The translations under genes and the position numbers were made by a program. Shown here piece by piece: positions 10,965 through 21,608 of a stretch of 64,000 bases of DNA; positions within the stretch are counted from its first letter, which is position 1; every line of letters begins with the position of its first letter. The stretch covers positions 1 through 64,000 of IMG/VR virus record IMGVR_UViG_3300025319_000005, one strand, 5' to 3'. The notes beneath the pieces were generated by a model. It saw nothing but the letters and a program-made list of their open reading frames with translations. It made no database searches and had not been told where the DNA came from.

Positions 10965-11795
10965 TCAAAACAATAAAAGGTTTGGTTTGTACTCATTAAT
11001 TCTGTTTGTCGCTAATTCAAAATATTCCTGTTTCTTTTCCATAATAATATAATTCCGCTTTAAGTTTTTACACACAACTCCAACCGTTCCACTTCCGCCA
11101 AACGGGTCCAACACAACATCGTTTTCATTAGTAAATGTTTTCACAAAAAACTCAACCAACTTTTCGGGGAATACTGCACTATGTTCCATCTTTGAAGTAA
11201 ATTGGTTTGTTACATTATTTGCGTTAATAACATTTGAAGGTCGTGCAAATTCAATGTCCTTAAAATTATCTCTATCCACTACCATTCCGCTTCCGTTGGT
11301 TGGTGTTTTACAATTCTTTCTAAATGCCCTGCTTTTTGTTTCCTCACTTACAGTTGTTCCACAAGCAAGTGCATTAAATGTAATTTGGTTTGGATTGTCT
11401 TTTGTAAAATGATACACAGGCTCAAATCCGTTTTTCATTCTCCCTTTCGTTCCAGTTGGGAAAGCATTTTTTGTCCAACAATATTCTTCCACAAACATAA
11501 ATCCCGTTTCTCTTTTCAGTCGGCAAATCAAATCATAAACATACAGGCTTCGTTCTCCTTTATTGGTGTGTGGCTTTATATTTAAAAAGAAACTTCCAGT
11601 AGGTTTTAAAATCCTTTTTATCTCTGCTCCAATAGGTAAAAACCAATCAATATATTCATTCTCGTTTGTACCTTCGTATGTTGCCTTTCTGCGTTCAGCA
11701 TAAGGCGGTGATGTAAAAACCAAATCAATACTATTAGTATCAATGGTTTTCATCAATTCTAAACAATCTCCTAAATAAACTTTATTGCTTTCCAT
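10965..11795 (-). CDS. N4-cytosine/N6-adenine DNA methyltransferase (beta class)
   Basis: FTSPPY catalytic motif, H.AVFP, VLDPFGGSGT SAM motif. Confidence 0.92.
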   Translation of the reverse strand: MESNKVYLGDCLELMKTIDTNSIDLVFTSPPYAERRKATYEGTNENEYIDWFLPIGAEIKRILKPTGSFFLNIKPHTNKGERSLYVYDLICRLKRETGFMFVEEYCWTKNAFPTGTKGRMKNGFEPVYHFTKDNPNQITFNALACGTTVSEETKSRAFRKNCKTPTNGSGMVVDRDNFKDIEFARPSNVINANNVTNQFTSKMEHSAVFPEKLVEFFVKTFTNENDVVLDPFGGSGTVGVVCKNLKRNYIIMEKKQEYFELATNRINEYKPNLLLF

Positions 11796-12140
11796 TAATC
11801 AACCGATATTGAAAGTATGCCCTTTCTTCCGTGTTTCACAAGTTCTTCTCCATCTTCATAAGCAACGGATAAGTGATGATTTTCATCAAGTATTTCTTCC
11901 TTATCAAAATCAATTATTCCATCAGGCAATTCATAAATATCATCTTCTTTGATAATATCTAACTGTTCCTGAGTTAATGGTTCTTTCAATTCGTAACGAA
12001 CCTTTACTGTTTTTGTAACATCAATGTAATTTTTCATATTATATTTATTTTATAGTTATTAATAAAAAGCCAACACACGCCACCTTTTTTTAAAATTAAA
12101 CAACAAACAACTGCCCCTCGCTCGAAAACCCTACGCACCA

Positions 12141-12221
12141 ACATAACACAGGCTACACGCAATAGCCCCACAAGCCCTCACACATCCAAAGCTACTGCAA
12201 GTGTAGCCCCGTCCGTTAGTT
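12141..12221 (-). mobile_element. attC-like hairpin 1
   Basis: - strand AACTAAC...GTTATGT ends; GCTACAC/GTGTAGC and GCA(A)TAGC/GCTA(C)TGC arms. Confidence 0.7.
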
Positions 12222-12288
12222 GCTATTTGTTTTCTTAAAATTAAAAGGCTCACGCTCGCTTAATTTTTTGCAAAAATTTAAAAGGTTA

Positions 12289-12819
12289 CTAACCTCCACT
12301 CATTGGTGTTGTATCAACTGAATAAAATCTCGGATAAGGTGATGTGTTCAAATCTAGCATGAACTTTAAATCAACTAATTTGTCTGGCAAAGTGGAAGGT
12401 ATAATTAAATAAAATTTCCATTTATCTTCTTCATTTATACTTCCTCGTTGCAAAAATAACTCACGTAAATTCCCAATATTTATAAATTGTATTTCTGTAA
12501 TAATTAACTTTTGGTCAATTTCTATTTTAAATTTTGTTTTAAATTTTGTATTCTTTATGTTTTTTTGAACACATACAAATTCCAAATTTTGACAATCTGG
12601 CTGAGAAAGGTCTATAAATTCATTCTCAGCAACTACTTTATCTTCCCACCTTTTAGGACGATTAATGCACTCTATTGTGTAATAGTCGTTATCAGCACCT
12701 ATTATTCTTTTCAATTGTGCAATCGTTATAATTGGCTTCACAAAGTAATTATTTCCATCAATTTTTATTCTAATATCCATAGTATCTTTTCCATCCTTTA
12801 ATTTGTTTATAATTATCAA
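12289..12819 (-). CDS. Tandem multi-ubiquitin (Ubl beta-grasp) domain protein ending in Gly-Gly
   Basis: Two repeats of I.ID...ITxAQL...D..V...E.IDLS.P..F / FKIEID...LREL...PDKLV..DL...RFYS; C-terminus SGG. Confidence 0.7.
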   Translation of the reverse strand: MIIINKLKDGKDTMDIRIKIDGNNYFVKPIITIAQLKRIIGADNDYYTIECINRPKRWEDKVVAENEFIDLSQPDCQNLEFVCVQKNIKNTKFKTKFKIEIDQKLIITEIQFINIGNLRELFLQRGSINEEDKWKFYLIIPSTLPDKLVDLKFMLDLNTSPYPRFYSVDTTPMSGG

Positions 12820-13006
12820 TGTAGTGAAATCCGTTATCTCGTTTTTTCACTAACTGTTTTTTTTCGTTTCCATTTTCATAAATAGCTATAAACTCAAACC
12901 CTTCATCGTTCGGTAAATAACTAACTGGATAAAATTTGCTAACACACGCCATCTCTTTTTGTTTATTTATTTTTTACTGCCTCACGCTCGAAGGGCTTAC
13001 GCACCA

Positions 13007-13084
13007 ACCTAACACCATGTTGGTCGTAAGTTTGCAACGTACTAACCGCTTAGGCAAACCTACGCCAACATTTGTACGTTGTAC
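13007..13084 (-). mobile_element. attC-like hairpin 2
   Basis: - strand GTACAAC...GTTAGGT (perfect GTTRRRY); ATGTTGG(T)CGTAAGTTTGC pairs with GCAAACCTACGCCAACAT, one extrahelical base. Confidence 0.75.
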
Positions 13085-13735
13085 GCAAGGTTTAAAAATA
13101 AAGGATCACGCACTTCTTAAAGTTTTTCAAACTTTTAAGAGATTTTAATCCGTTTACGTTTTGTTTCCCAATCTTTCTCTCCAATTATTTTAGCCGATTT
13201 ATAAATTCGGTTTTCTTTGTCAGCGCAAACATACATTCTGCAATGTGGTTTATCCGAATAATGCCCCTTTACAGCCATCACAGGAAAGTATTGCGTTTCT
13301 TCCATTACAACAACGTGATACATATATTGTTTTCGTTTTCCAATCATAAAATGAAACACTTTTAATAAATCACCAATCAATATCTGTTTACCAGTTTGGT
13401 CGTAGTACGTATTATCTTTCAACTTTTCTAAATATTCTTTCATAATTAGTTCCATTTAAAAGGGTTTGTATAATCAATCTCTTTCCAAAAACCAACAACG
13501 CCAAACATCACAATACCTACTATTATTATCAAAACAATAGTAATGTAACTAAGTGGATTATATGGATTAAATCTTCTTGCTGTTGAATATCCTTTACCTA
13601 AGTGAGGTGTTCTTTTTTTATTTGATACTTCCTGTAGAATGAAAAGGAATTTTAATATATTTTTCATAATTTGTTTTAAAATGTAAGTACTATGTTTTCT
13701 GCCTCCACACGCCACCATTTATTTTTAAACCCAGC

Positions 13736-13823
13736 GTACAACACCAAATAGGACGCAAGGCTACCTAACTGCTTACTATTCATTACGCTTATACGCCCTG
13801 TCGCCTATTTTTGTACGTTAAAA
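13736..13823 (-). mobile_element. attC-like hairpin 3
   Basis: - strand TTTTAAC...GTTGTAC; AAATAGG/CCTATTT arms; shares the TTTGTACGTT end with hairpin 2. Confidence 0.6.
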
Positions 13824-14017
13824 ATCTCCAACTCATTATTTATATGGTGTTTTCGCCAATACTCTTTTTATCATTTTAATACTTTTCATCACTTGCCTGT
13901 CTGCACAAGTTTGTCCTTCAACTTTTCTGCTTCCAAGAATATTGGCAACTATCCTCAAAGTATCTTCTATTTGTTCGGCTTCAAACTTGTGTATTATTAA
14001 TTCTTCCATTTTTTGTT

Positions 14018-14383
14018 TTAAATCAATCCAGCTTTCTTTTTTGTTGAATATAACCATGATTCAAAATTGTTTTCCGCATTTATATCACGCTTAATCAGAT
14101 ATTCAACATATTGCCTTTTGCTCATTGCTGTAGTTTCAATTTTTTGATCTTTATTTTTAAAGTAACCTTCAGTCAAATAATGAACTTCTTGACCCCATTT
14201 CGCATCAAATATAAATACTAATTTAGTATCTAAATAATTTCGTATTTCATCTGATAGCTTCCAGTCTTTACTAACTCTCGCTTCTTTTCTGTCCTCAATC
14301 AATTTATCAATATATTTACCTTCAAAGTCCATAGTTATATATTTTGTTAAGTTGAGCAGTATTATTGAAGTTTCTATGAACAA
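14018..14383 (-). CDS. Stand-alone protein resembling the C-terminal anticodon-binding helices of cysteinyl-tRNA synthetase
   Basis: IDKLIEDRKEARVSKDWKLSDEIRNYL resembles the CysRS LI..R..AR..KDW..AD.IR..L motif. Confidence 0.5.
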   Translation of the reverse strand: MFIETSIILLNLTKYITMDFEGKYIDKLIEDRKEARVSKDWKLSDEIRNYLDTKLVFIFDAKWGQEVHYLTEGYFKNKDQKIETTAMSKRQYVEYLIKRDINAENNFESWLYSTKKKAGLI

Positions 14384-15561
14384 CTCTCATGCAAACAAGA
14401 GGGAAATAATTAGTATTAATATTATACCCAGTATCTTTACCATCTTCAAAAATAATTTGACCGGTTTCAATTTCTCCATTTGTACCATACGCCATTCCGT
14501 CAGAATCAAAGCCAGCTGGATATATTTGTCCACTTTCATCGTATACGCCTTTAACTAAATCAACAAATCCGTTTTTATACAGGATTTTCCCATTTTCAGA
14601 TAATAATCTGACCAATTTTTTCTTACTGTTATCTATTTTCGTAGCCATAATGTTAATTTTTCACAAATGTAGAAAAAAAGTAGAAATTGTATATTTTTTC
14701 TTTAAAAAGTTATTAACAATTATTCATCATCTTTAATTCCATCAAGTCTTTCTCCTGTATTATCCCAATATGGAGCCGTTGTAGAGTCATAAAAACCAAC
14801 ATATTCTGAATCTATACAATAATCCACTGTTTCAAGTAGAATTTTTTTCATTTGCTCAGTAGATAGTGTTTCAATCCATTTTTTTAATCTTTCTGTCCGA
14901 TTCATTTTTATTGAGATTTGTTGATTAGTTAATGATTATAGCTAATTGTATTATAAGCTGCATCAATCGCAAGTCCTTGTTCAATCCAACCATTGACATC
15001 TATGTGTAAAAGTGTTAGAAAGTCAATTATTTCAGCATCTAATTGAATACTATCGAATAATGTACGCTTGATATTTTCTTTAGGCCAAAGTTTGTTTAGT
15101 TGCTCTATTTCGTTTCTGGATAAACTGTCAAATTTTCTCAATATTAACTTGACTAAACTTGGGTTATAGTTTATTTTATTGATGACAACCACATTTAGTT
15201 TAATATCAATACCTTCAATAATTGAAAAGTCTGAGTTACCTTTAATATGGCAGGAACATCCAATAAAGAACCTGAAATCAATTGCACTTAATGTGGTTTT
15301 CATGTTGTTAAGCGTCTAATTCTTTGTCGGCTTGCAGTAATTTTTCTCCAAGAGCATTTTTATCAAGCTCCTTATTTAATAATGAAGTAGTGTAACATCC
15401 AGCAGAACAATATCCTAGATAAAAAGGATTTCCTTCTCCATATACACGTTTTACTTCTTTTGCTGAGTGGATTTTACCACATTCTTGGTTTTTACATACT
15501 CTTTTGTCTGTATCTACTTTTGATTTTTTCATGATGTTTTAATTTAATGTTAAATTTCTTA

Positions 15562-15598
15562 TAATGCACTATACAAGAAAAAAATGAGAGGTGTTACA
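15562..15598 (-). promoter_or_regulatory. ECF-type phage promoter copy 4
   Basis: TGTAAC-N17-TGTATAGTGCATTA. Confidence 0.8.
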
Positions 15599-15605
15599 GA
15601 TTCAA

Positions 15606-16343
15606 TTATCTTTTATTAATTACAATAATCACAGATGCAGTGTTTGTTCCACTTTCTTTAAATTCACCTTCAGGCAATTCCTGTATTTCTGCACCAACTT
15701 CTTTGAGCCAATTTTGAAAGTTCACTTCTTTTTTGTTGGTTGATATTTGAGAATGCTTTGAAGCAATGGTTACAATTCTTCCTTCATCTTTCAGACAATC
15801 CCACATTTTCATAATGTGCTGGATATCTTGGTTTTTATTAAAAGGAGGATTTGCAACTATTTTATCGAATTTTTTCGTGCAAGTTAAAAAATCTTCACCA
15901 AGCAAAACAAAATTTTTTATATCTTTTAGAACTTTTTGATTTTCAGGCATTAATTCATAGCCAAAAACTTTTTTATCGTTACCCAAAACTCTTTGAATGG
16001 ATTTTATTATTGAACCTTGTCCGGCTTCTGGTTCGCAAATTTCATCATCTTTTTGTACATCTGCCAATTCAACAAGTCTATCAGCCAAACCTGCAGGTGT
16101 AGCATAAAATTGAAACTCTTTTTTGATATTGCGTTTTTCTCCGCCGGCAATTTGAGTAAGTAACTCAGTTGGGTCTTCGTTGAAGGTGAAACCCTGGATT
16201 TTGCCACCTGTCCATTTTCCTCCAATCAAATTAAGTGATTTCGCAACATCCATGTAAAGTTTGCGGTCAAGAGGAATAGAAGGTAGTTTTACTATTTTTC
16301 CTTCTACTGTGCACTTTTGTAGTATTTGTTCTTTCGTTTCCAT
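15606..16343 (-). CDS. N6-adenine DNA methyltransferase-like protein
   Basis: FQFYATP, EPEAGQG SAM motif, IVANPPF. Confidence 0.85.
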   Translation of the reverse strand: METKEQILQKCTVEGKIVKLPSIPLDRKLYMDVAKSLNLIGGKWTGGKIQGFTFNEDPTELLTQIAGGEKRNIKKEFQFYATPAGLADRLVELADVQKDDEICEPEAGQGSIIKSIQRVLGNDKKVFGYELMPENQKVLKDIKNFVLLGEDFLTCTKKFDKIVANPPFNKNQDIQHIMKMWDCLKDEGRIVTIASKHSQISTNKKEVNFQNWLKEVGAEIQELPEGEFKESGTNTASVIIVINKR

Positions 16344-16363
16344 TATATATTTTGTTTTGGTTA

Positions 16364-16400
16364 TAATGTACTATACAAAAAATAATTGAGAGGTGTTACA
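16364..16400 (-). promoter_or_regulatory. ECF-type phage promoter copy 5
   Basis: Consensus match upstream of 16343. Confidence 0.8.
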
Positions 16401-16412
16401 AGTAAAGCGTAA

Positions 16413-16700
16413 TTAAATTTTTGAAAAATATTTTTTAGCTTTCGTTTTCACAATTCGCCTTTTCACAATCTTACTTTTCAATCGTATTGAAGTAACTGGC
16501 GGGAATAAATTTGTCGGTCTGCATTTAAACACTCGGCACAAATTATATAAGTAAATTGTTTGCCAGTTTTGCCTTCCCGCTTCCATATTTACATAATTCA
16601 CCCTTGTTACACCAAGCATATCCGCAATATTCTCTTGTGAGTATTTCAGTTGCTTGCGGTATTTTTTCGCTCTTATTCCTATTTCTTTATTTATGTTCAT
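16413..16700 (-). CDS. XRE-family helix-turn-helix regulator
   Basis: IG.R.K.YRK....SQENIADMLGVTRVNYVNMEAGR. Confidence 0.85.
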   Translation of the reverse strand: MNINKEIGIRAKKYRKQLKYSQENIADMLGVTRVNYVNMEAGRQNWQTIYLYNLCRVFKCRPTNLFPPVTSIRLKSKIVKRRIVKTKAKKYFSKI

Positions 16701-17902
16701 CGTAAAATATTTTTCAAAAACTTAACTGACATTTAACATAGTATTGTAGACTGTACGAAAAGCACAGCTACAATACTTTTTCGTTATTTTTTTAATTTAC
16801 AAGACATTTTTTCCTTCAACACTACAGCAAGTCTATTTCTATCATCATCGTCCGGAACTAATCCATTCCATAATTTAAGTTCATTACAAGTTTTTCTTAC
16901 TGCTTCGTTCCAGATTTCTTTTTCTTTTTTAGTTAAAATTTTCATAATTTATATTTTTTAATTTTAGAACCACGTTCCCCTTTTAATGCTATTCCGAGAG
17001 ATTTTGCCACAGATTCTATTGGTGCAACATGGTGATGATTATCACATTTATCCCACATATCCTGTAATCTTTCAGTATACACATCAATAGATTCTTCAAT
17101 GGGTTCGATAGTAACTTTGTATTTTTTGATTTTTACCATTCCGTTAAAACATGTTGGAATAGTTCTTGTCATATTGGTTATTTCGTGAGCTCCAAATGTA
17201 TTGAACGTTTCAAATGAAATAGTCTTATTTGTTTCTTCCGGTATTTTTTTATTTTTGGCCATTGTATGTGTTTTTTATTTAAAGTATTTTTTAAATTCTG
17301 GAACTTCTCTTTCTGCATCAGAAATTTCTGCCCATTTAATCACAAAACAAGATTTTGGATCTTTATCCATAATCAACCACCTTCCTTCATCTAAAAAATG
17401 TTTTCCCATTCTATATGAACCATAGTATTCATTTTCCGTTGCGGTTAATACATGGACAGCACCACATCCATAAGGAAGTTTTTCCTCTACTGAAATCCAG
17501 TTTCTATCTTTTTTCATTGATAATTTCAATCAGTTAACATTTCAGCAAGAACTCTGTATCTTCCTGTTAAATCTATGCTTCTTATTGACAGGTCTGTCGC
17601 TTTTAGATTTCTATTGAATTTTAACTCTCTTGAATAAAAAGCTTCAAGCGATACATCACCTATGATATAAGCACATTCATCATTCAAAATAAACTGAGCA
17701 CAACGCCTGGCTATATCCATAGCTGTTTCCCTATCGCACTCTAAAATTTCCAAGATAGTTTTATATCCTTTCTGTAATCTATTCGCAGGAACCGGATTTC
17801 CCATTGCGTTCCATCCAGAAAGATTTTGTTTATTAATGGATGTTGGAACGATTGGTCTTTGTCTTTCAATGTGTTTATTGTTTCTCATGATGTTTTGTTT
17901 TA

Positions 17903-17939
17903 TAATGTGCTATACGAAATTTAAATGGGAGGTGTTACA
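17903..17939 (-). promoter_or_regulatory. ECF-type phage promoter copy 6
   Basis: TGTAAC-N17-CGTATAGCACATTA. Confidence 0.8.
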
Positions 17940-18192
17940 AATATACTAAAAAACCGTAAACTTCAAATCAAATAAATCTGATTGGTTGATTTTTTCAAAT
18001 GTTTTTAAGTTTTCAAACATTTTAATAGCATCACTTTCTTTTTCAAAATCACGGCCAATACCAAAATCATCAGTACTCCAGACAGCTACTCGAAATTTAC
18101 CATCACTTAGCTCGCCAATGTATTTTAATTCTAATTGGCTATTTCCGTACAAACCATCATCGGTATTTTTTGAAATATTTGTTCTTTTCATT

Positions 18193-18972
18193 TTAATCCT
18201 CCGTTTCTTCTTGTCCTTGTTTGTAAATAATTTGGCTCATTAAACATTCTTCAACATCTACGTCTGTACGCTCTTCTTTGAATACAGGCTGTGCAATAGC
18301 ACCTCCCAAGTACGCATATAAATATTTCACCTCAACAACAGCTCCAATTTCCGGCAATTTTTTATTGGTAGGCACAGAGCATTTTCCCATAAAAATTCTA
18401 TTTCCATTGGTATCAATCAATTCTAAGCCGATAGAACGTTTTGATTTCGTATGATCTTTTACAATGAAAGATGCCTCCTTGATGAATTTGAATTTGACCT
18501 GGTTCCCGCCAGAATTGGGACGACCGGCAGCATATTTACCATCTTTTCTTTTGAAAACAATTCCCTCGGCATTGCTTTTAACTAACTCATCATACATCTT
18601 TTGTTTTTCTTCTTTGGTATAAGCTGTCTTAACAACTTCAAGTGCAGTTCCAAAATGTAATGAATCAAGAACTTTTAATCTTTCCACAAGTGGAATGTTA
18701 GTTAAATCTTTTCCATTATTAGAAAGGATATCAAAGATATACACTTTTTCTCCGACACTCTCTCCGTCAATGATACATTTAAAATATACAATTGCATCAT
18801 TAATAATTTCAGAAAGCTGTATTACTATTCCTTTCTTATTTAGTCCTACAGGTTTTATGGAAGTATCCCCTTCTGATTTAATCATTCTTCTAACGCCGTC
18901 AAATTTCATTTGTCCAACCCATTCATCATCATTAATATACTTTTGAACTTCACTTTCTTCAATTACATTCAA
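18193..18972 (-). CDS. ATP-dependent DNA ligase (catalytic + OB domains)
   Basis: MKFDGVR (KxDG), YIFDIL, EGIVFK, KFKF, VVEVKY motifs. Confidence 0.9.
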   Translation of the reverse strand: MNVIEESEVQKYINDDEWVGQMKFDGVRRMIKSEGDTSIKPVGLNKKGIVIQLSEIINDAIVYFKCIIDGESVGEKVYIFDILSNNGKDLTNIPLVERLKVLDSLHFGTALEVVKTAYTKEEKQKMYDELVKSNAEGIVFKRKDGKYAAGRPNSGGNQVKFKFIKEASFIVKDHTKSKRSIGLELIDTNGNRIFMGKCSVPTNKKLPEIGAVVEVKYLYAYLGGAIAQPVFKEERTDVDVEECLMSQIIYKQGQEETED

Positions 18973-19028
18973 AAGTTGAGGATAAATCCCAAGTGTCTTT
19001 TTTTCAGTTATTACCGGACCTGAAAAAT

Positions 19029-19289
19029 TTAATTTTTTTTTTCATTAGGGAGTTCTTTTTCTTTATAGCCCTTTCCCTTTTTATCTTTTATAAGTTTATC
19101 GTAAACTTTATTTGCTTCTGCTTCATCTACCGGGATCAATGTTTTTGTTCCGGATGTTAGCGTATTCCCAACACGACCGTATTGAAATAGTACAGAAAAT
19201 TTGTCCGAGAATTTCACAATTTGAACGTTGTATTACTTATCGCTCGTCCCTTCTTTAAAAAATAACGAAATTGATTTTACTGTTTCCAT
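19029..19289 (-). pseudogene. WGR domain, interrupted; probable N-terminus of the ligase
   Basis: ATG at 19289 gives METVKSISLFFKEGTSDK*YNVQIV...QYGRVG; TAA at 19233-19235; an A10 run at 19033-19042 separates it from the ligase frame. Confidence 0.7.
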
Positions 19290-19329
19290 GATGTTTAATT
19301 TTTAAATTTATAATTAAATTGTTTGTTTA

Positions 19330-19366
19330 TAATGTACTATACGAAATTTAATTGATAGGTGTTACA
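19330..19366 (-). promoter_or_regulatory. ECF-type phage promoter copy 7
   Basis: Consensus match; the TAA of TGTAAC is the stop of ORF 19362-19760. Confidence 0.8.
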
Positions 19367-20264
19367 AATTATGTGTTTTAGCGAATTTTTCATTTTGTTC
19401 TTTCAATATATCACCTGTACGGCTTTTTGAATTTTTTAAATACCAATCAAATTGAGATTTTAATTTTTCCTCAAATGTTTTAGAAACTTCATCATCACAA
19501 CAATTTGGGTACATTTCTTTTTTAATATATTCATGATTAGTTACTCCAGTTGTTGACCAAACTTCATATTTTCCACCTACATTAAACTTGAATTCGGGTT
19601 TATTAAAAGTTACTCCAGCATATGTGTTTACTGCAAAATGATGAGATTTTACTTCATCGCCCTCCTTAAAGCGAGTTCCAAAAAAAGGTCTTGAAATCCA
19701 ACTTCCTGCCGTAACATACAAACCTAAGTGGTCTTTTTTTATTTTAGTTTTCTGTGCCATAATTACAAATTATTTACAAAATTTGAACTTTTCTCCTTTT
19801 AAATTGTATTCCTTATCATGTATTACTTTAATTGAATCAGCTATGGATTTTTGTTTTGCATATTCTTTTTCTTGAATTGGCGCTAATATGTTTAAATTTA
19901 TAGCTTTATAAACCTCATATGAATCATCTAAATTAAGCAGGAGTGTATCTTTTAAATTAAATAAAGAAACAGATACAGCATTATCACAACGAATTTTCAC
20001 ATTACATGTTTTATTCTCTATTGTTATTTTGTATAAATCTATTACACTGAAAATAAGCGAATCTGGAGTTTGAATTCTTTTCCAATCGCTTGAGTGCCAT
20101 ACAATGTTTTGACATATAGACTCTACAAATGTAAGAGGTTCATTTTTTAAGGATTTTAATTGTCCATTGTAATATAACACAAAAATTATGGTAGAAGGAA
20201 TTGAAATTGCGATTATAATTAATCTTATTAGAGGTATGCGTTTCATGGTTTTAAGTTTTGATTA

Positions 20265-20301
20265 TAATGTACTATACGAAATTTAAATGAGAGGTGTTAC
20301 A
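20265..20301 (-). promoter_or_regulatory. ECF-type phage promoter copy 8
   Basis: TGTAACACCTCTCATTTAAATTTCGTATAGTACATTA. Confidence 0.85.
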
Positions 20302-20308
20302 AAAATCA

Positions 20309-20542
20309 TTAAGACAATACAATAATACTTCCGCGATGAAATCCGCCATCAGAAAATTTGTAATCATGTCTTTCTAATACTTTTATAACAATATCCTTCA
20401 TTGTTTTTGAATGACCTGTTATTATTACAATAGGAGGAGTTCTAAGTAAAACAAATTCTTCAACAAGAACTTCTGCATCTGCATGTTTTATTCCATGCAA
20501 ATCTAACTCTGGCGTTGAATTATTTGATTTATGTTTTTTCAT
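20309..20542 (-). CDS. Smr/MutS2 C-terminal domain protein
   Basis: LDLHG...IITGHS...G. Confidence 0.8.
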   Translation of the reverse strand: MKKHKSNNSTPELDLHGIKHADAEVLVEEFVLLRTPPIVIITGHSKTMKDIVIKVLERHDYKFSDGGFHRGSIIVLS

Positions 20543-21361
20543 TTATAATTTAAAAACTAATTACTTTATCAAATTCTAATGTTGCTCCAGTAATTTTCAT
20601 TTTGTCCATAATTCCTTCAGCAACAATTATATTGGGAGCTGTAATTTTATCATAAAGACTTCCTTCTCGGATTACTCTATAAATATTTTTTCCTTCATCT
20701 GATGCTGGAACAAATTCACTGTCAAAATAAACATGTTTTACTCCACCGATTAACTGAATAATTTCTTCAGGTTGTGCGTTGAATCCACTTCTATTTTTTT
20801 TAATGAATTTTGCAAGGTTAGCCATTTTTTGAATATACTTAGCATTATCCGTATTGACGACGAAGTTCATTGCATACCAAAGATAATTGTCTTTATCTAC
20901 GACATTCATTTGGAAAGTTATTTCACCTATAGGTTCAAGGTATCTTGCACCTTTATAACGTTCAGTTAAAATTTGGATACACATGTGCTTGTATACTTCA
21001 TTTTTATTGGTCGATTCCTGAATTCTGATTTTAGTTTTCATCTGTAAGTTTTTTAATTTAATCCCGCAACAGGAATATATATTTTAATCATATCCTCAGA
21101 AATAATCACCGGCATCATTTTATGTTCTTTGTACCATATGTTTGTAATGTAAATCTTTTTATCTTCAATTTCTTCTATAGAAACAATTTTATATGTTTCG
21201 GATGGCAATTCATAAGGAACGCTAACTGATTTTCCATAAGAAACCTTCATTTTTATAACCTTAGTTATGAGGGTTCCAATTACCGGCATTTTTGTTACAT
21301 CCTTGTTTTTCATAAGTAATTATTTTGTTGTAATGTACTGCCATTAGGCATATGTTATTTA

Positions 21362-21398
21362 TAATGTACTATACAAAAAATAATTGGAAGGTGTTACA
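21362..21398 (-). promoter_or_regulatory. ECF-type phage promoter copy 9
   Basis: Consensus match upstream of 21313. Confidence 0.8.
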
Positions 21399-21411
21399 CT
21401 TTTTAAAAAGT

Positions 21412-21556
21412 GGTAATAAGATTGCTGTTAATTGCGGCGTCGAACCGCCCCTCTGAACTTATGAAACGTCAAAACAGAAGAAAAAACGTTAGGCTTATAG
21501 CGACAAACTCTCAGCGGAAACCTACCCCTTTCCTATCTCAACAGCAACTTATTACC
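21412..21556 (-). ncRNA. Candidate structured RNA with a tRNA-like T arm
   Basis: 17-bp terminal inverted repeat GGTAATAAG(A)TTGCTGTT/AACAGCAACTTATTACC; GCGG-TTCGACG-CCGC hairpin; GC-rich intergenic island. Confidence 0.4.
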
Positions 21557-21608
21557 GATATCTTTGTTTAATTGTTTAAAAGTACGTTTAAAATACAAAA
21601 TCAGCATT

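Noticed and set aside
20309-20542. EVLVEE in the Smr protein as another tag copy
   Set aside because: Lacks the Arg and terminal Lys and lies within the normal Smr helix
21412-21556. Canonical tRNA or tmRNA gene
   Set aside because: Only a T-arm is convincing; length, spacing to the acceptor strand and lack of CCA do not fit
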